This document shows positions 62,837 to 64,000 of a stretch of 64,000 nt of DNA, in pieces. The DNA is from Balanoglossus misakiensis (Eukaryota; Animalia; Hemichordata): assembly GCA_040954595.2 (NCBI GenBank), contig CM082592.2, positions 2,108,001-2,172,000 of the forward strand, in the 5' to 3' direction. Both the position numbers and the translations under genes were made by a program. Numbering within the stretch: position 1 is the stretch's first letter; each line of letters begins with the position of its first letter. The notes beneath the pieces were generated by a model. That model searched no databases and had not been told where the DNA came from. It was given only the letters and a program-made list of their open reading frames with translations.

Positions 62837-64000
62837 TTACATGAGTTTACAGTTTACATGTAGTATTTTCATTGTGTATCTTACCATGTCAAACATAGTC
62901 CTTATCCTATTCACATAATTTTAAAGTTATTTTCTTGAAATGAATATGCATTTTCTCTGTTATATGAACAGACATGCAATTAATGAATTCTTATGTTCAT
63001 AATAACATTTAAGGTGAATTCAGTTAAGATATGCAATTTTCATTGGTCACAAGTACATGCAACTGTTAATAGGAAAGTGACTGGATGTATGAGTGGAAAG
63101 CACATAACTCAAACTGTAAACTCTGAAATTGTAAACTATTATAAATTGAAGCTTCACAACACCAACAGTTATTTTTTATATTTTTTTATTATCCAGGTAG
63201 TAACTAACATGGATTTAAAATTAAAATGTATGTACAGAAATATTATTCTCATTTTATACCAACAAATTACACATCAACAATCTTGGTATGCTCCATGGAA
63301 ACATTTTCACATATTGAAGTTGAGCTTATATGGTATTGTAAAATATAATTGTATCAGAATACAGTATGGTCTCACCATGTCAAATAAATACAAGTTTTTA
63401 TTGACAACTCGATTTGCTATTGTGTATTCATTTATGTTAAAAAATATTGCATTTTTGTATTAGCTCTATTATCAGCGCATGCGTTTACAGCCAAAATAAA
63501 CTTATTTTTTTGATCCAGAGTACAATAAGTTTTGTTGAAATGTGCTTCTAATAGATATGTGCTTCCAATAGAGCAAAACATTGTAATTACTGAGGCACGA
63601 CTTTATTTTCTCTATTAGAAGGCATGTACCTAAATTTCTCTAGACTTTCTAGTGATCTAAATTTCATCATAAAGGCATTTAAATTGAAAATGCACATCAC
63701 TGTTTTAGAGCAAATATGGTAAATGGTTATACGCAACAGTGTTTTACAATAGTTTACGCTACTGCCCAGGGTGATGCATAAAAATACACCAAAATTTGGA
63801 GAAAGGGTATAGCTAATTATGGAGTGCCCTTGAAATTTTTGTTTGAATTACATGAGAAAAGGTACATAAAAGGCCTACTTAAATTAAACAAAACGTGCTA
63901 CGGTCCAATTAGCAGAGCTGTGCCACCCTAAGCTCCTATTTTTTTTGGGTGGAGTATACAATTTTTGTCATAGAATAACCATGCTCCATTTTCAAATTGT

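Noticed and set aside
62993-63463. 156-aa ORF after the transposase
   Set aside because: AT-rich and low-complexity with no YqaJ, PHD or other motif; probably 3' UTR.

Overview
This is AT-rich, intron-containing animal (probably marine invertebrate) genomic DNA, and most of it is nested transposable elements. Host-type content is limited. There are two intact tRNA-Asp(GTC) genes, each inside one arm of a 1.2-kb near-perfect inverted repeat. Those arms bracket eight exons (the 3' part) of an SLC22 organic-cation-transporter gene. There are also the first two coding exons of an SLC16/MCT-like transporter. Mobile DNA includes: the 3' end of a LINE; a decayed Gypsy LTR element (5' LTR, tRNA-Leu PBS, gag, pol) carrying two ISL2EU/PHIS-type DNA transposons, one internally deleted and one with an apparently intact spliced THAP-HTH-DDE transposase; three Helentron/DINE-1-like copies, the longest carrying a decayed herpes-type deubiquitinase domain and a spliced RPA70-like gene; several TAG..CTA MITEs with 9-bp TSDs; Harbinger-, Kolobok-, P- and Transib-like MITEs; a foldback-like element; and hairpin elements that twice sit at the same site. 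An 11-copy tandem array of exon+intron units that keeps a reading frame when spliced lies at 16.5-18.1 kb. All assignments were made by eye from motifs, splice signals, TIRs and TSDs; no database searches were run.
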